From: Parcubacteria group bacterium GW2011_GWA2_43_13
GTDB taxonomy: Bacteria > Patescibacteriota > Patescibacteriia > UBA9629 > GWA2-43-13
Assembly: GCA_000999025.1 (NCBI GenBank)
Contig: LCFM01000005.1
Span: 7,087 to 71,086 of the forward strand
Direction: 5' to 3'
DNA: 64,000 nucleotides
Shown: piece by piece, positions 18,049-27,363 of the stretch
Position numbering within the stretch: the stretch's first letter is position 1
Layout: every line of letters begins with the position of its first letter
Program-made: the position numbers and the translations under genes
The notes under the pieces: model-generated
What the model was told of the DNA's origin: nothing
The model's input: only the letters and a program-made list of their open reading frames with translations
Databases searched by the model: none

Positions 18049-20667
18049 TCAATGTTTTTCATTAATATCTTCAAGTTTTACTGAAAACAGTCGCGATGAT
18101 GCGTCTTCATTCATGGTAACTCCGTAGAGAAGGTTTGCTTTGTTCATTGTTGAGCGATTATGAGTAATGGCAATAAATTGTGTTATGTGCGAGAGCTCTT
18201 CTAAAATAGTTGCAAAGCGTTCGGAATTCGCTTCATCAAGAGCGGCGTCAACTTCATCGAGTACGATAAACGGAGCGGGATTTGCGGCGATAATCGCGCA
18301 CAAAAGCGCGATAGAAGTCAGTGAGCGTTCTCCGCCTGACAAAGCTCCTATGTTAGTGATTTTTTTATTTGGAGGGCATGCTATAATATCAATTTCAATT
18401 GTGCGTTGGAGGTTATTCGGCGGTGTTTCTTCTGCATCCTCTTGGCGTTCTTCGATTTTTTGGCGCTTGGTTTCTTTCCGATAGGAGAGAGCGGCTTTGC
18501 CACCGGTAAACAATATTTTGAAATAATGATTAAAATGTTCATTTATCTTTTTAAAACTGTGAGTGAATTGTGTTTCTATTTTTTCATCGAGTTCGTGAAT
18601 GATTTTTATAAGATGCGTATGCGACTCTTTTAAGTCAGTGGATTGATGTGATAAAAAGTCGTATCGTTGTTTTGCTTCTTCGTACTCTTCCATGATTCCG
18701 TCTTCAATATCTCCGATTTGGTTCACTCGTTTTTTTGCAGTTATCATGTGCTCTGCGAGCGCTGTCAGGTGTTCGTTCGAAAGCGAATACTCTTGTGTGG
18801 GCGTCATGATTGTTTCCCATATATCGCGCGGAACTTCTTGTTGTATTTCATTTTTAATATCTTCCGAACGTTGTTCAATCCGCGCTTGTTCAATGAGAAT
18901 GGTATGAACATACTGCTCTTTTGAAGATAGTTCAGTGTTAATGTCATGTGATTTTCGTTGAATCGCGAGCATCCTTTCTTTATTGCGGTGTTGTTGAAAG
19001 TGGTAGGTTGACAGTTGTTCTGAAATTTTTGCGTATTCAGCTTGATATTTTTTATACTCGGTCTTGAGTCGTTCTCCCATTGTTGTGAGCGATGTAATTT
19101 TTGTTTCCTTGGTCCCTGTTTTTTGAATGACCAATTTTTGAGACAATGCATGTTCTTCGCGAGTGATGCGATCGAGTTGCTCGCGGAGCAGTGATTTTTT
19201 TTGCTCTGTGATTTTTTGTTCCATTTTATTTTCTTGGATGATTGCCGATAGTTCTTCGGATTCGACGTGCGCGTGTTTTATTTTTTTTTGCAGGTTTTTT
19301 ATTTCTATCGTCGTGTCTTTATGAGGACGCAAAAGTTCGGCAACAGAAGTGAGGGTTGAAATGATTTTTTTTACTCTGCTGATAAGACCTTCTTTTTTTG
19401 AATTATTGACGAGTTCATCCAAAAGAATCGCGCATTCATGAGAAAGCGTTTCAATTGTTTGTCGCGCGCCATGGTGAGAGGTGTTCTGGTTCTGGTGTTG
19501 AAGGTGTTCGAGTGTGTGGGTATCTGCAGTAAGGGCGGATAGTATCGTATCGCGCTCAATCTCTGTATCTTTCATTATGAGAGCTGATTGGGTTGTTTGA
19601 TTTTTAATGTGTATGAGCGATTGTTCAGTTGTCGTTTTTTCTCCTTCTATTTCATGGAGTCGCCGATGTATCCAGGCGATATCTCCTTCGCCTTTGAGTT
19701 CATATTGATGTTCGATATCTTGTTGGATACGGATAATTTCATTGTCCTTTTCCCGCATAGCGGAAAGCGCACTGCGCTGAAGAGCCAAGAGGTGTTCATA
19801 TTCTTCTGTTGTGCCGTTTCCCGTCCCCAATAGCTGAAATTCTTTTTCTTGTTCTTGTTGCGTTTTTTTTAAAGAGATGAGTTCATCCTCTACAGCTGAT
19901 GCTCGTTGTATTTTTTCAGATAACTCTTGATGCAACGCAGACCACATTCCTCCATAGTATTGGGTTTGAATATCGCGGAGCGTGTGGATGTATTCTTCGC
20001 GCTGTTTCCACCGCCTTACTTGTCGTTCTAATAGATGGAGACGAGGAGTTGTCTCGTTTAACAGGAGATCTGTTTCTGCTAAATGCTCTGCCGTGCGTTC
20101 TAATGTACGGGCCGCGCTGTCGCGTTTGATTTGGTAGTGTTTAATCCCGGTTGCTTCGTCAAAAAAATCCTTACGCTCGTGCGGAGACGCAAGAAGGATG
20201 GTATCTATCATGCCCTGACCGATGACAGCGTAGTTTTTTTGTCCCACATTGGCTTGTGCTAATAGGAGTTGAATCGAAGAGAGGGGAGTGGGGATCCCAT
20301 TAAGAAGGTATTCACTTTCTCCATTGCGATACAAGCGACGGGTAATAATGAGTTCTTGGTATTCAATATCAGCAGAGCGGTCTCTGTTATCAATGGTGAT
20401 AGTGACCTCTGCCCGAGAGAGTCGAGATGCTTTTTGAGATCCTGAAAAAATAACATCTTCTGATTTTTTTCCTCGCAAGAGTTTTAAGCTTTGCTCTCCC
20501 AATACCCACCGAATGCCATCTGCGATATTTGATTTTCCCGAACCGTTCGGCCCGATGATTGCGGTAATACCTTTGGATTTTTTTTGTCCTGAAGGTGGCC
20601 GAAACTCAAGCACGGTTTTATTCGCAAACGATTTGAACCCTTGTATGGAAAGTTGCTTTAAATACAT
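18049..20667 (-). CDS. smc: SMC family chromosome segregation protein, short (872 aa)
   Basis: MYLKQLSIQGFKSF, GPNGSGKSN, LSGGERSL, LDEVDAALD; long coiled coil; no recognisable hinge. Confidence 0.9.
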   Translation of the reverse strand: MYLKQLSIQGFKSFANKTVLEFRPPSGQKKSKGITAIIGPNGSGKSNIADGIRWVLGEQSLKLLRGKKSEDVIFSGSQKASRLSRAEVTITIDNRDRSADIEYQELIITRRLYRNGESEYLLNGIPTPLSSIQLLLAQANVGQKNYAVIGQGMIDTILLASPHERKDFFDEATGIKHYQIKRDSAARTLERTAEHLAETDLLLNETTPRLHLLERQVRRWKQREEYIHTLRDIQTQYYGGMWSALHQELSEKIQRASAVEDELISLKKTQQEQEKEFQLLGTGNGTTEEYEHLLALQRSALSAMREKDNEIIRIQQDIEHQYELKGEGDIAWIHRRLHEIEGEKTTTEQSLIHIKNQTTQSALIMKDTEIERDTILSALTADTHTLEHLQHQNQNTSHHGARQTIETLSHECAILLDELVNNSKKEGLISRVKKIISTLTSVAELLRPHKDTTIEIKNLQKKIKHAHVESEELSAIIQENKMEQKITEQKKSLLREQLDRITREEHALSQKLVIQKTGTKETKITSLTTMGERLKTEYKKYQAEYAKISEQLSTYHFQQHRNKERMLAIQRKSHDINTELSSKEQYVHTILIEQARIEQRSEDIKNEIQQEVPRDIWETIMTPTQEYSLSNEHLTALAEHMITAKKRVNQIGDIEDGIMEEYEEAKQRYDFLSHQSTDLKESHTHLIKIIHELDEKIETQFTHSFKKINEHFNHYFKILFTGGKAALSYRKETKRQKIEERQEDAEETPPNNLQRTIEIDIIACPPNKKITNIGALSGGERSLTSIALLCAIIAANPAPFIVLDEVDAALDEANSERFATILEELSHITQFIAITHNRSTMNKANLLYGVTMNEDASSRLFSVKLEDINEKH

Positions 20668-20749
20668 ACTGTCGGAGCAGTGATTATGTAGTGAGTAACA
20701 GGTAAGACACTGAAATAGTAGCACACAATGCGTAAGAAAATCGAGATGA

Positions 20750-21017
20750 AAAAAAACAGGCTGTGCCCAATAGATATAATGAGTCCTCAAACGGAGAGTT
20801 CATGGTATGAGGAGTTCATTATATAAATTGAGCACAGCTGGACGGGGTGTTATACACACCAACCCGCCACATCGCAACAAGGAATTGGATCACCACTTTC
20901 GGTTGGCCTGATGCGTATCAGGCGCAATGGGATGGAGGTGATGGATCTGGTGATGGATGCGAAAAGAGCTTTTTTGATATCCCCTCCTTGTTACATGATT
21001 CCGATGGAAGTAGTAAC
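20750..21017 (-). ncRNA. Candidate structured ncRNA with three UCCAUC repeats (unnamed)
   Basis: Extended -10 TGATATACT at 21032-21024; long-range stem 20976-20996 with 20871-20894; about 30-bp terminal hairpin 20760-20839 followed by a U-run. Confidence 0.55.
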
Positions 21018-21047
21018 AATTATAGTATATCATATTTATGAAAACGC

Positions 21048-21077
21048 AAAACCCTTGCCTTGTAAGGTGAGGGTTTA
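21048..21077 (-). terminator. Terminator of rnc
   Basis: AAACCCTCACCTTACAAGGCAAGGGTTTT hairpin. Confidence 0.6.
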
Positions 21078-21101
21078 ATAGAGTGTGTCATACTTTGTCG
21101 T

Positions 21102-21797
21102 TTACCACCCTTTCACTTCAATCCCTTTTTCTGCGGCCGCAACTTGGGCCTCCTGTTTTGAGGATCCTGTGCCTTCGGCAATCATCTCATCTCCCAAAAA
21201 TACTCCAACGCGAAATGTTTTTGAATGATCTGGCCCTTCTTCATGCAGTACTTGATATGAGGGAGTAACGCCGATATGTTCCTGCGCCGCTTCCTGAAAC
21301 CGTGTTTTAGGATCTATGTAGAGCTTTTCTTTTAAAATCCTTGGCAAATGGCTAATGACAGCGCTCTGGATAAATGATTGCGCCGCGTCATATCCTTTAT
21401 CAAGGTAGATTGCACCAATAACTGCTTCAACCGCGTTGGCAAGAATATATTGCCGCGCTTTGGTATTGTTGTCTTTTGATTCTCCTTTGGAAAGGTAGAG
21501 AAAATTATTAAAATTCAGTTCTTGCGCAATATCTCCGAGCATTTTTGCGTTTACTAACGCCGCGCGCCAATTCGTGAGCTCGCCTTCAGGATTGTCGTAC
21601 TGTTGGTATAAGTATTCTGTAACAACAAGTTCAAGAACCGCATCGCCTAAAAATTCAAGCCGTTCATTGTGATCAAGTTCAAATGTTGGGTTTTCATTGA
21701 GATATGACCGGTGAACCATTGCTTGCTGTAAAAGTGCCGGATGAATAAACGTAACGCCGATCGTCTTTTCGAGTTTTGAAATATTTTTTTCTGTCAT
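21102..21797 (-). CDS. rnc: Ribonuclease III
   Basis: NERLEFLGDAVL signature, dsRBD DPKTRFQE. Confidence 0.97.
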   Translation of the reverse strand: MTEKNISKLEKTIGVTFIHPALLQQAMVHRSYLNENPTFELDHNERLEFLGDAVLELVVTEYLYQQYDNPEGELTNWRAALVNAKMLGDIAQELNFNNFLYLSKGESKDNNTKARQYILANAVEAVIGAIYLDKGYDAAQSFIQSAVISHLPRILKEKLYIDPKTRFQEAAQEHIGVTPSYQVLHEEGPDHSKTFRVGVFLGDEMIAEGTGSSKQEAQVAAAEKGIEVKGW

Positions 21798-21808
21798 GGA
21801 GTAAACAT

Positions 21809-21870
21809 CCGCCCTTATCTATTGATCATCTACCTCGCGAAAGGGGTGGGCAATCAACAAACAAGGATGG
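21809..21870 (-). promoter_or_regulatory. Long hairpin in the rnc leader (probable RNase III autoregulatory site)
   Basis: CCATCCTTGTTTGTTGATT pairs with GATCAATAGATAAGGGCGG through several G-U pairs, ending about 12 nt before the ATG. Confidence 0.55.
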
Positions 21871-21946
21871 GAGAGATAATGCCAAAGGGTTGCCTTGTTA
21901 GCATGGCGCATGCTCGTAAGAATGAGAGTAATGGAAAATAATGCAT

Positions 21947-22447
21947 TTATGTTTCAGATATATCAGAATGTTTTGGTGATGAGCTGTCTTTATTGTCTTG
22001 TGTTGCTTCTTTAGGGTCAGTGATTTTTCCTGAAGAGAGAAAATCGTTATACATGGAACCGAGTACTCCGTTGACAAATTTCCCTGACGATTCTCCTCCA
22101 AAGGCCTTTCCTAATTCAATGGCTTCGTTAATTGCAACGCGAGGAGGGACGTCGGCGCAGTGAAGGAGTTCAAAAATACCGATGCGTAGGATATTTCTAT
22201 CAACGATAGTAATGTGATCAAGCGGCCATTCTGGGGCATACTGTTCAATGAGAGGATCAATAATGGTATGTTCTTTTAAAACACCTTCTATGAGGCGTTT
22301 GGTAAAATCGCCATCATCAAGACCAGGCCCGAATTGTGATTTGTTATATGCCAAAAAATCGTGGATTCGGTCATCTCGTTTTCCATTAAAATCCCATTCG
22401 TAAAGCGTTTGAAGCGCAATGGTACGCGCGAGGTGTCGTGTTGACAT
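21947..22447 (-). CDS. nusB: Transcription antitermination factor NusB
   Basis: RHLARTIALQTLYEWD, VAINEAIELGKAFG..KFVNGVLG. Confidence 0.95.
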   Translation of the reverse strand: MSTRHLARTIALQTLYEWDFNGKRDDRIHDFLAYNKSQFGPGLDDGDFTKRLIEGVLKEHTIIDPLIEQYAPEWPLDHITIVDRNILRIGIFELLHCADVPPRVAINEAIELGKAFGGESSGKFVNGVLGSMYNDFLSSGKITDPKEATQDNKDSSSPKHSDISET

Positions 22448-22462
22448 GGCACAAAAGGGGAC

Positions 22463-22627
22463 TTACGCTTTGGAAGCGCGATAGACCCCGCAAAAAGAGC
22501 ATGCGCGATGAGGTAATTTTGACTTTCCGCATGCCACGCATGAATCAAGCGATTTTTTCGCAAGGATATGATGCGTTCTGCGTCGCCGTGTTTGAGACGA
22601 ACTGTGCCGTTTGGGAGGTACAGACAT
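22463..22627 (-). CDS. rpmF: 50S ribosomal protein L32 (Zn-ribbon form), below the ORF-track cutoff
   Basis: MSVPPKRHSSSQTRRRRTH..CVACGKSKLPHRACSFCGVY. Confidence 0.93.
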   Translation of the reverse strand: MSVPPKRHSSSQTRRRRTHHILAKKSLDSCVACGKSKLPHRACSFCGVYRASKA

Positions 22628-22889
22628 AGAAGTAAAAGCAAAGGATACTGTTAAAAGATTGATGTTTTTGATAGTAATAGATTATTGGGGTTTTGGCAAG
22701 AAAGCCGGCGGACAATTCCATGATGTATAATTCGCAGGAAAATGCAAGTGATGCTATCCACACACAAGACACAGATAGTGAACAGGATCAGATGGTTTTA
22801 TTTTTCCCCAGGCCATGATACCATAACATTCACATAGGGATATGCGTGATGTGCCGAGTCGAGTCACTCATAAGGATTTATTACGATGA

Positions 22890-22958
22890 TTATTGTTTTA
22901 TTGCTGTATTGTTTTATTGTTATCGTTTCATCGTAACAATAAAGCAATGGAACAATAG
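22890..22958. repeat. Octamer tandem array in inverted arrangement upstream of dnaA
   Basis: (TATTGYTK)x4 followed by (AACAATAA/AGCAATGG/AACAATAG). Confidence 0.7.
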
Positions 22959-22973
22959 GGTAATGGGAGCGCT

Positions 22974-24344
22974 ATGACACCGGAACAACTCTGGCAAGCA
23001 ACGCTTGGTGAGCTCGAAGTATCACTCTCTCGCGCAAATTTTACAACGTGGTTTAAAAACACGTTTATTGCTGATATCTCCCAGCAGAAAATTATCGTCG
23101 CGGTTCCGAACGCATTTACAAAGTCATGGCTTGAGAATAAATATCACAAAGCGATTATAAAAGCATTACAACACTTAACCGACAATTCGGTACGAGAGGT
23201 ATTGTATCAAATTGTTACTCACGAAAAACAGGGGGGTATAAAGCATGATGATCCTGTTGCGCAAGAAGCGTTGTCGCCGTATGTTCGAACCGCACATTCG
23301 AATACGGCTCATGCAGAGTCGTCAGGCGGTTCAAAATATACCTTTGATAATTTTATTGTTGGAAAGGGAAACGAACTTGCCCATGCGGCAAGCTTTGCTG
23401 TTGCAGAAGTGCCTGGAAAAAAATACAATCCGTTATTTCTGTATGGCGGAGTGGGGCTTGGGAAGACACATTTAATGAGGGCAATATCTCATCATGTAAA
23501 GCTCCGCAATCCTCAAGCCAATGTACTGTATGTTACGTCTGAAAAATTTACCAATGATTTTATTCAAGCGTTGAAAGAGGGCAAAACAAAGGAGTTTAAG
23601 CTTATTTATAGAAGCCCTGATGTACTGTTGATAGATGATATCCAATTTATTACTGGCAAAGAGCAGACGCAAGAGGAATTTTTTCATACCTTTGAGGCGC
23701 TTCACCAAGCAGATAAACAAATTGTGATGACCTCGGATCGTCCTCCAAAAGCGATAGGCGCGTTACCTGACCGTCTGCTTTCTCGATTTGAATGGGGCAT
23801 GATTGCTGATATTTCATTTCCTGATCTTGAAACGCGGATCGCGATACTGACGTCAAAATGCGCGGAAAAGGGGTGTATTATTTCTCAAGAGGTTTTGGAA
23901 TACGTCGCTTCGAATATCCAGCATAATATTCGGGAACTTGAAGGTGCGTTGAATAAAATTATTGCGCATCACCAGTTATTTAATCACACTCCGACGATTG
24001 ATACGACAAAAGAGATTATTTCGTCATTGGCGCTTAATCCCACGAAAGGAGCGGTAACTCCGCGAAAGCTCATAGAGATCGTGGCGCGGTATTACGATGT
24101 TCCTATTGATGGATTAGTTGGTTCGAGTAGGAAAAAAGAACTTGTTGGTCCGCGTCAGATCGCGATGTATCTTTTAAGGGAAGAAGTGGATGCCTCATAT
24201 CCGGCAATTGGGCAGGATATGGGTGGTAGGGATCATACAACTGCAATGCATGCGTATCAAAAAATTGCTGAAGCATTGCATAAAGATGATCGTTTAAAAC
24301 AAGAAATTGCAAATATTACCCAGTTGCTGTATCAGGGAGCATAG
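22974..24344 (+). CDS. dnaA: Chromosomal replication initiator DnaA
   Basis: YTFDNFIVG, NPLFLYGGVGLGKTHL, QEEFFHTF, GGRDHTT. Confidence 0.98.
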   Translation: MTPEQLWQATLGELEVSLSRANFTTWFKNTFIADISQQKIIVAVPNAFTKSWLENKYHKAIIKALQHLTDNSVREVLYQIVTHEKQGGIKHDDPVAQEALSPYVRTAHSNTAHAESSGGSKYTFDNFIVGKGNELAHAASFAVAEVPGKKYNPLFLYGGVGLGKTHLMRAISHHVKLRNPQANVLYVTSEKFTNDFIQALKEGKTKEFKLIYRSPDVLLIDDIQFITGKEQTQEEFFHTFEALHQADKQIVMTSDRPPKAIGALPDRLLSRFEWGMIADISFPDLETRIAILTSKCAEKGCIISQEVLEYVASNIQHNIRELEGALNKIIAHHQLFNHTPTIDTTKEIISSLALNPTKGAVTPRKLIEIVARYYDVPIDGLVGSSRKKELVGPRQIAMYLLREEVDASYPAIGQDMGGRDHTTAMHAYQKIAEALHKDDRLKQEIANITQLLYQGA

Positions 24345-24355
24345 GTATTTTTTAT

Positions 24356-26023
24356 ATGTCTAATCAAGGACACAAACAACAGGGCGCGGAGGAGGTATTA
24401 GATGAAAAAATGAAAGAGATAGAACTGAAACGGCAGGAACAAGAAGCTCAAGTTCATGCGGCGCAAGCAGGGGTTCAGTATATTAACCTTGAACATTTTC
24501 CCATTGATCAGGATGCGTTGTCATTCATTGAAGAGGTCCAAGCGCGCGCGCTTGGCGTCATTTGTATTTATCAAGAAATGCATATTCGTAAAGTTGCCGC
24601 AGTTCATCCCGAGCATCAGGCAGTGCAAGAATTTATTCAACAATTTTCCAATAATGGTGCCATAAAAGTTGATGTCGTACTGACAAGCCAGCATTCATGG
24701 GAAGAGGCGATGAAGTTGTATGCGCGGCTTCCAAAAAAAATAGTATTTTCAGACGACGTTACTATTAGCGCGGATATTCTTGCAGGGTTTCAGGAAAAAA
24801 TTAAAACGCTGGATGATTTAACACACGCGCTTGCCGAGGTCCAAATGACTGATAAAGTAGCCATGATATTGGCAGGTGGATTAAAAAGTGACGCCTCTGA
24901 TATTCATATCGAAGCGGAGGAAAATCGTATTATTATACGGTACCGCATTGATGGGATTTTGCATGAGGTTGCGCAACTTCCGTCAGAAACGTGGCAACAG
25001 GTGATTGCGCGGATTAAATTGATTTCAAAGATGAAAATTAATATTACGAGTAAGTCCCAAGATGGCCGTATTACAATTCGATTGAAAGACGACGCTGTTG
25101 ATGTTCGTGTTTCAACGATTCCGACAGCGTTTGGCGAAAGCGTGGTGATGCGTTTGTTGCGGTCATCTCACGCGGCTCATACATTTGAGGATTTGGGCTT
25201 ACGCGGGAGTGCGTACGCACTCTTGGAAAAAGAAATCGTTCGTCCCAATGGCATGATTATTACAACAGGCCCCACTGGTTCTGGGAAAACAACAACACTG
25301 TACGCAATCGTTAATAAATTAAATGATTCGAAAACAAAAATTATTACATTAGAAGATCCGATAGAATATAAATTACAAGGGATTAATCAAAGTCAGGTGG
25401 ACGCCGAGAAAGGATATACGTTTGCGGCCGGATTACGTTCCATTTTAAGACAAGACCCTGATATTGTGATGGTTGGTGAGTTGCGTGATTTGGAAACAGC
25501 GGATACTGCAATCAATGCGGCATTGACAGGTCATTTGGTTGTTTCAACATTGCATACGAATGATGCCGCAGGAGCTATTCCTCGATTTCTTGCCATGGAT
25601 GTTAAACCGTTTTTACTTGGCCCTGCGTTGAACGCGGTTATCGGCCAGCGGTTAGTCCGAAAGTTGTGTGAAAAATGCAAAAAACAAACACTACTTGCGC
25701 CTGATATGCAGGTGCGCGTAGATGCATTGCTTGCGGAATTACCTGATGCTGAAAAAGCGCAACTGAAGACGGAAAAGATATTTTATTTTGCTGTCGGATG
25801 TGAGGTATGCAATGGTATGGGATATAAAGGCAGGGTGGGAGTGTATGAGATTTTTCAGGTTGGAGATGACATTGAAAAAGCCATTAGCGAACAACGTGTT
25901 TCTGAAGCCGAAATGAGGGACATTGCGCGCGCTCAAGGCATGGTAACCATGGCGCAGGATGGTATTTTAAAAGCATTGGATGGAATTACAAGTGTGGATG
26001 AGGTGTTTCGGGTGACAGAATAA
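24356..26023 (+). CDS. pilB: Second PilB/GspE-family ATPase
   Basis: ASDIHIE, GPTGSGKTT, RQDPDIVMVGELRD, Zn-binding cysteines. Confidence 0.92.
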   Translation: MSNQGHKQQGAEEVLDEKMKEIELKRQEQEAQVHAAQAGVQYINLEHFPIDQDALSFIEEVQARALGVICIYQEMHIRKVAAVHPEHQAVQEFIQQFSNNGAIKVDVVLTSQHSWEEAMKLYARLPKKIVFSDDVTISADILAGFQEKIKTLDDLTHALAEVQMTDKVAMILAGGLKSDASDIHIEAEENRIIIRYRIDGILHEVAQLPSETWQQVIARIKLISKMKINITSKSQDGRITIRLKDDAVDVRVSTIPTAFGESVVMRLLRSSHAAHTFEDLGLRGSAYALLEKEIVRPNGMIITTGPTGSGKTTTLYAIVNKLNDSKTKIITLEDPIEYKLQGINQSQVDAEKGYTFAAGLRSILRQDPDIVMVGELRDLETADTAINAALTGHLVVSTLHTNDAAGAIPRFLAMDVKPFLLGPALNAVIGQRLVRKLCEKCKKQTLLAPDMQVRVDALLAELPDAEKAQLKTEKIFYFAVGCEVCNGMGYKGRVGVYEIFQVGDDIEKAISEQRVSEAEMRDIARAQGMVTMAQDGILKALDGITSVDEVFRVTE

Positions 26024-26027
26024 TAAG

Positions 26028-26123
26028 AGCAATCCTAACCTACTCATACATCCGAATCTACTAATACGGCGGACGTATTTGTAGATTAGCAGATTAGGAT
26101 GTCATTCGTAGATTAGGATTGCT
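26028..26123. repeat. Family D long inverted repeat (GCAATCCTAA...TTAGGATTGC), intergenic copy
   Basis: About 96-bp hairpin built of AATCTACT/GTAGATT subunits; homologous copy inside tsaD. Confidence 0.8.
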
Positions 26124-26124
26124 T

Positions 26125-27363
26125 ATGATTATTGGTATTGACTTTTCCCGCGGTGAGATGGAACATCGCACCGGTGTGGAGTGGTATAGTCATAATATTG
26201 TTAAGCATCTACTTGATCTCGGCGCAGAGCACGAGATTGTTTTATATTCACGGAGGGGTGGGGTTTCCTCGTGTTGTAGAGATGGGGTTAACCCTGTCTC
26301 TATGGTGCATCTTCGCTGGCCATTCCGATTCGGCTGGACCCAGTTTCGTTTATCATTAGAAATGGTTCTGCGTCCGCCAGATGTATTGTTTGTACCATCG
26401 TATATTTTACCACCCATAACACCTAAACGCGTGGTAACTATGGTGCATGATGTCGCGTTTAAACGCCATCCAGAATGGTATTCTCAAAAACAAATACGAG
26501 TATTGGAATTAGGGATACGAAGGATTATTAAGAAACGTGTTGTTGTATTAGTGCCAACGGAATTTGTGAAACGAGAATTATTAAAGTTGTATCCGGAAAT
26601 GTGCGATTTGGATATTCGTGTCATTCCACATGGCGTTGATCACACGTTGTTTCGTCGTCGTTCCCCCTCGCCTTTACAAGGAGAGTCCGCTCCGCCAGCT
26701 GGTGGATGGCAGAGGGGTGAGGTGGTGGATACGAAAGTAGTACCCCCATCCCCGTATTTCCTCTTCATCGGTCGCTTGGAAAGTAAAAAAAATATTTCCC
26801 ATATTGTGGATGCATTTGTAGAGTTCGTCGGCGACGTTCCCTCGCCTTTACAAGGAGAGGGAAGGGTGAGGTCTTACGTAAAATCCGGCGACGTAGAGAC
26901 GGGGTTTCCGCCAGAGGCGGATCACCCACAGGGGGAAACTCCGTCTCTACAGACATCTCTCCTCCTCGTCGGTCGTCCTGGCCATGGTTACGAAAGATTT
27001 GCTCATAAATTGAATCATCCCAATATTCATGTTATACCATCGGTATCAGCCGAAGAATTGGTAATACTCTATCAAAATGCAATCGCATTGGTATTTTCAA
27101 CATTATACGAAGGGTTTGGTATGCCCATTCTTGAGGCCATGGCATGCGGATGTCCGGTAATCACCTCAAAAGGCGGTGCGTACGAAGAAGTGGCAGGAAC
27201 TGCCGCGTTATTGGTTGATCCTCATAATATATTAGATATTGCGGATGCAATGATAAAGATTCAATCAGGGGGCTGGAAGGAAAAAGGGTTAAAAAGAGCG
27301 CATCAATTTTCATGGGACGCATCAGCCCAACAAACATTAGCACTCGTATGCAACAAATATTGA
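26125..27363 (+). CDS. Glycosyltransferase family 4 with four in-frame repeat-derived insertions
   Basis: RTGVEWYS, VHDVAF, YEGFGMPILEAMACGCPVI, FSWD; insertions at 26276-26303, 26653-26722, 26839-26871, 26893-26950. Confidence 0.92.
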   Translation: MIIGIDFSRGEMEHRTGVEWYSHNIVKHLLDLGAEHEIVLYSRRGGVSSCCRDGVNPVSMVHLRWPFRFGWTQFRLSLEMVLRPPDVLFVPSYILPPITPKRVVTMVHDVAFKRHPEWYSQKQIRVLELGIRRIIKKRVVVLVPTEFVKRELLKLYPEMCDLDIRVIPHGVDHTLFRRRSPSPLQGESAPPAGGWQRGEVVDTKVVPPSPYFLFIGRLESKKNISHIVDAFVEFVGDVPSPLQGEGRVRSYVKSGDVETGFPPEADHPQGETPSLQTSLLLVGRPGHGYERFAHKLNHPNIHVIPSVSAEELVILYQNAIALVFSTLYEGFGMPILEAMACGCPVITSKGGAYEEVAGTAALLVDPHNILDIADAMIKIQSGGWKEKGLKRAHQFSWDASAQQTLALVCNKY

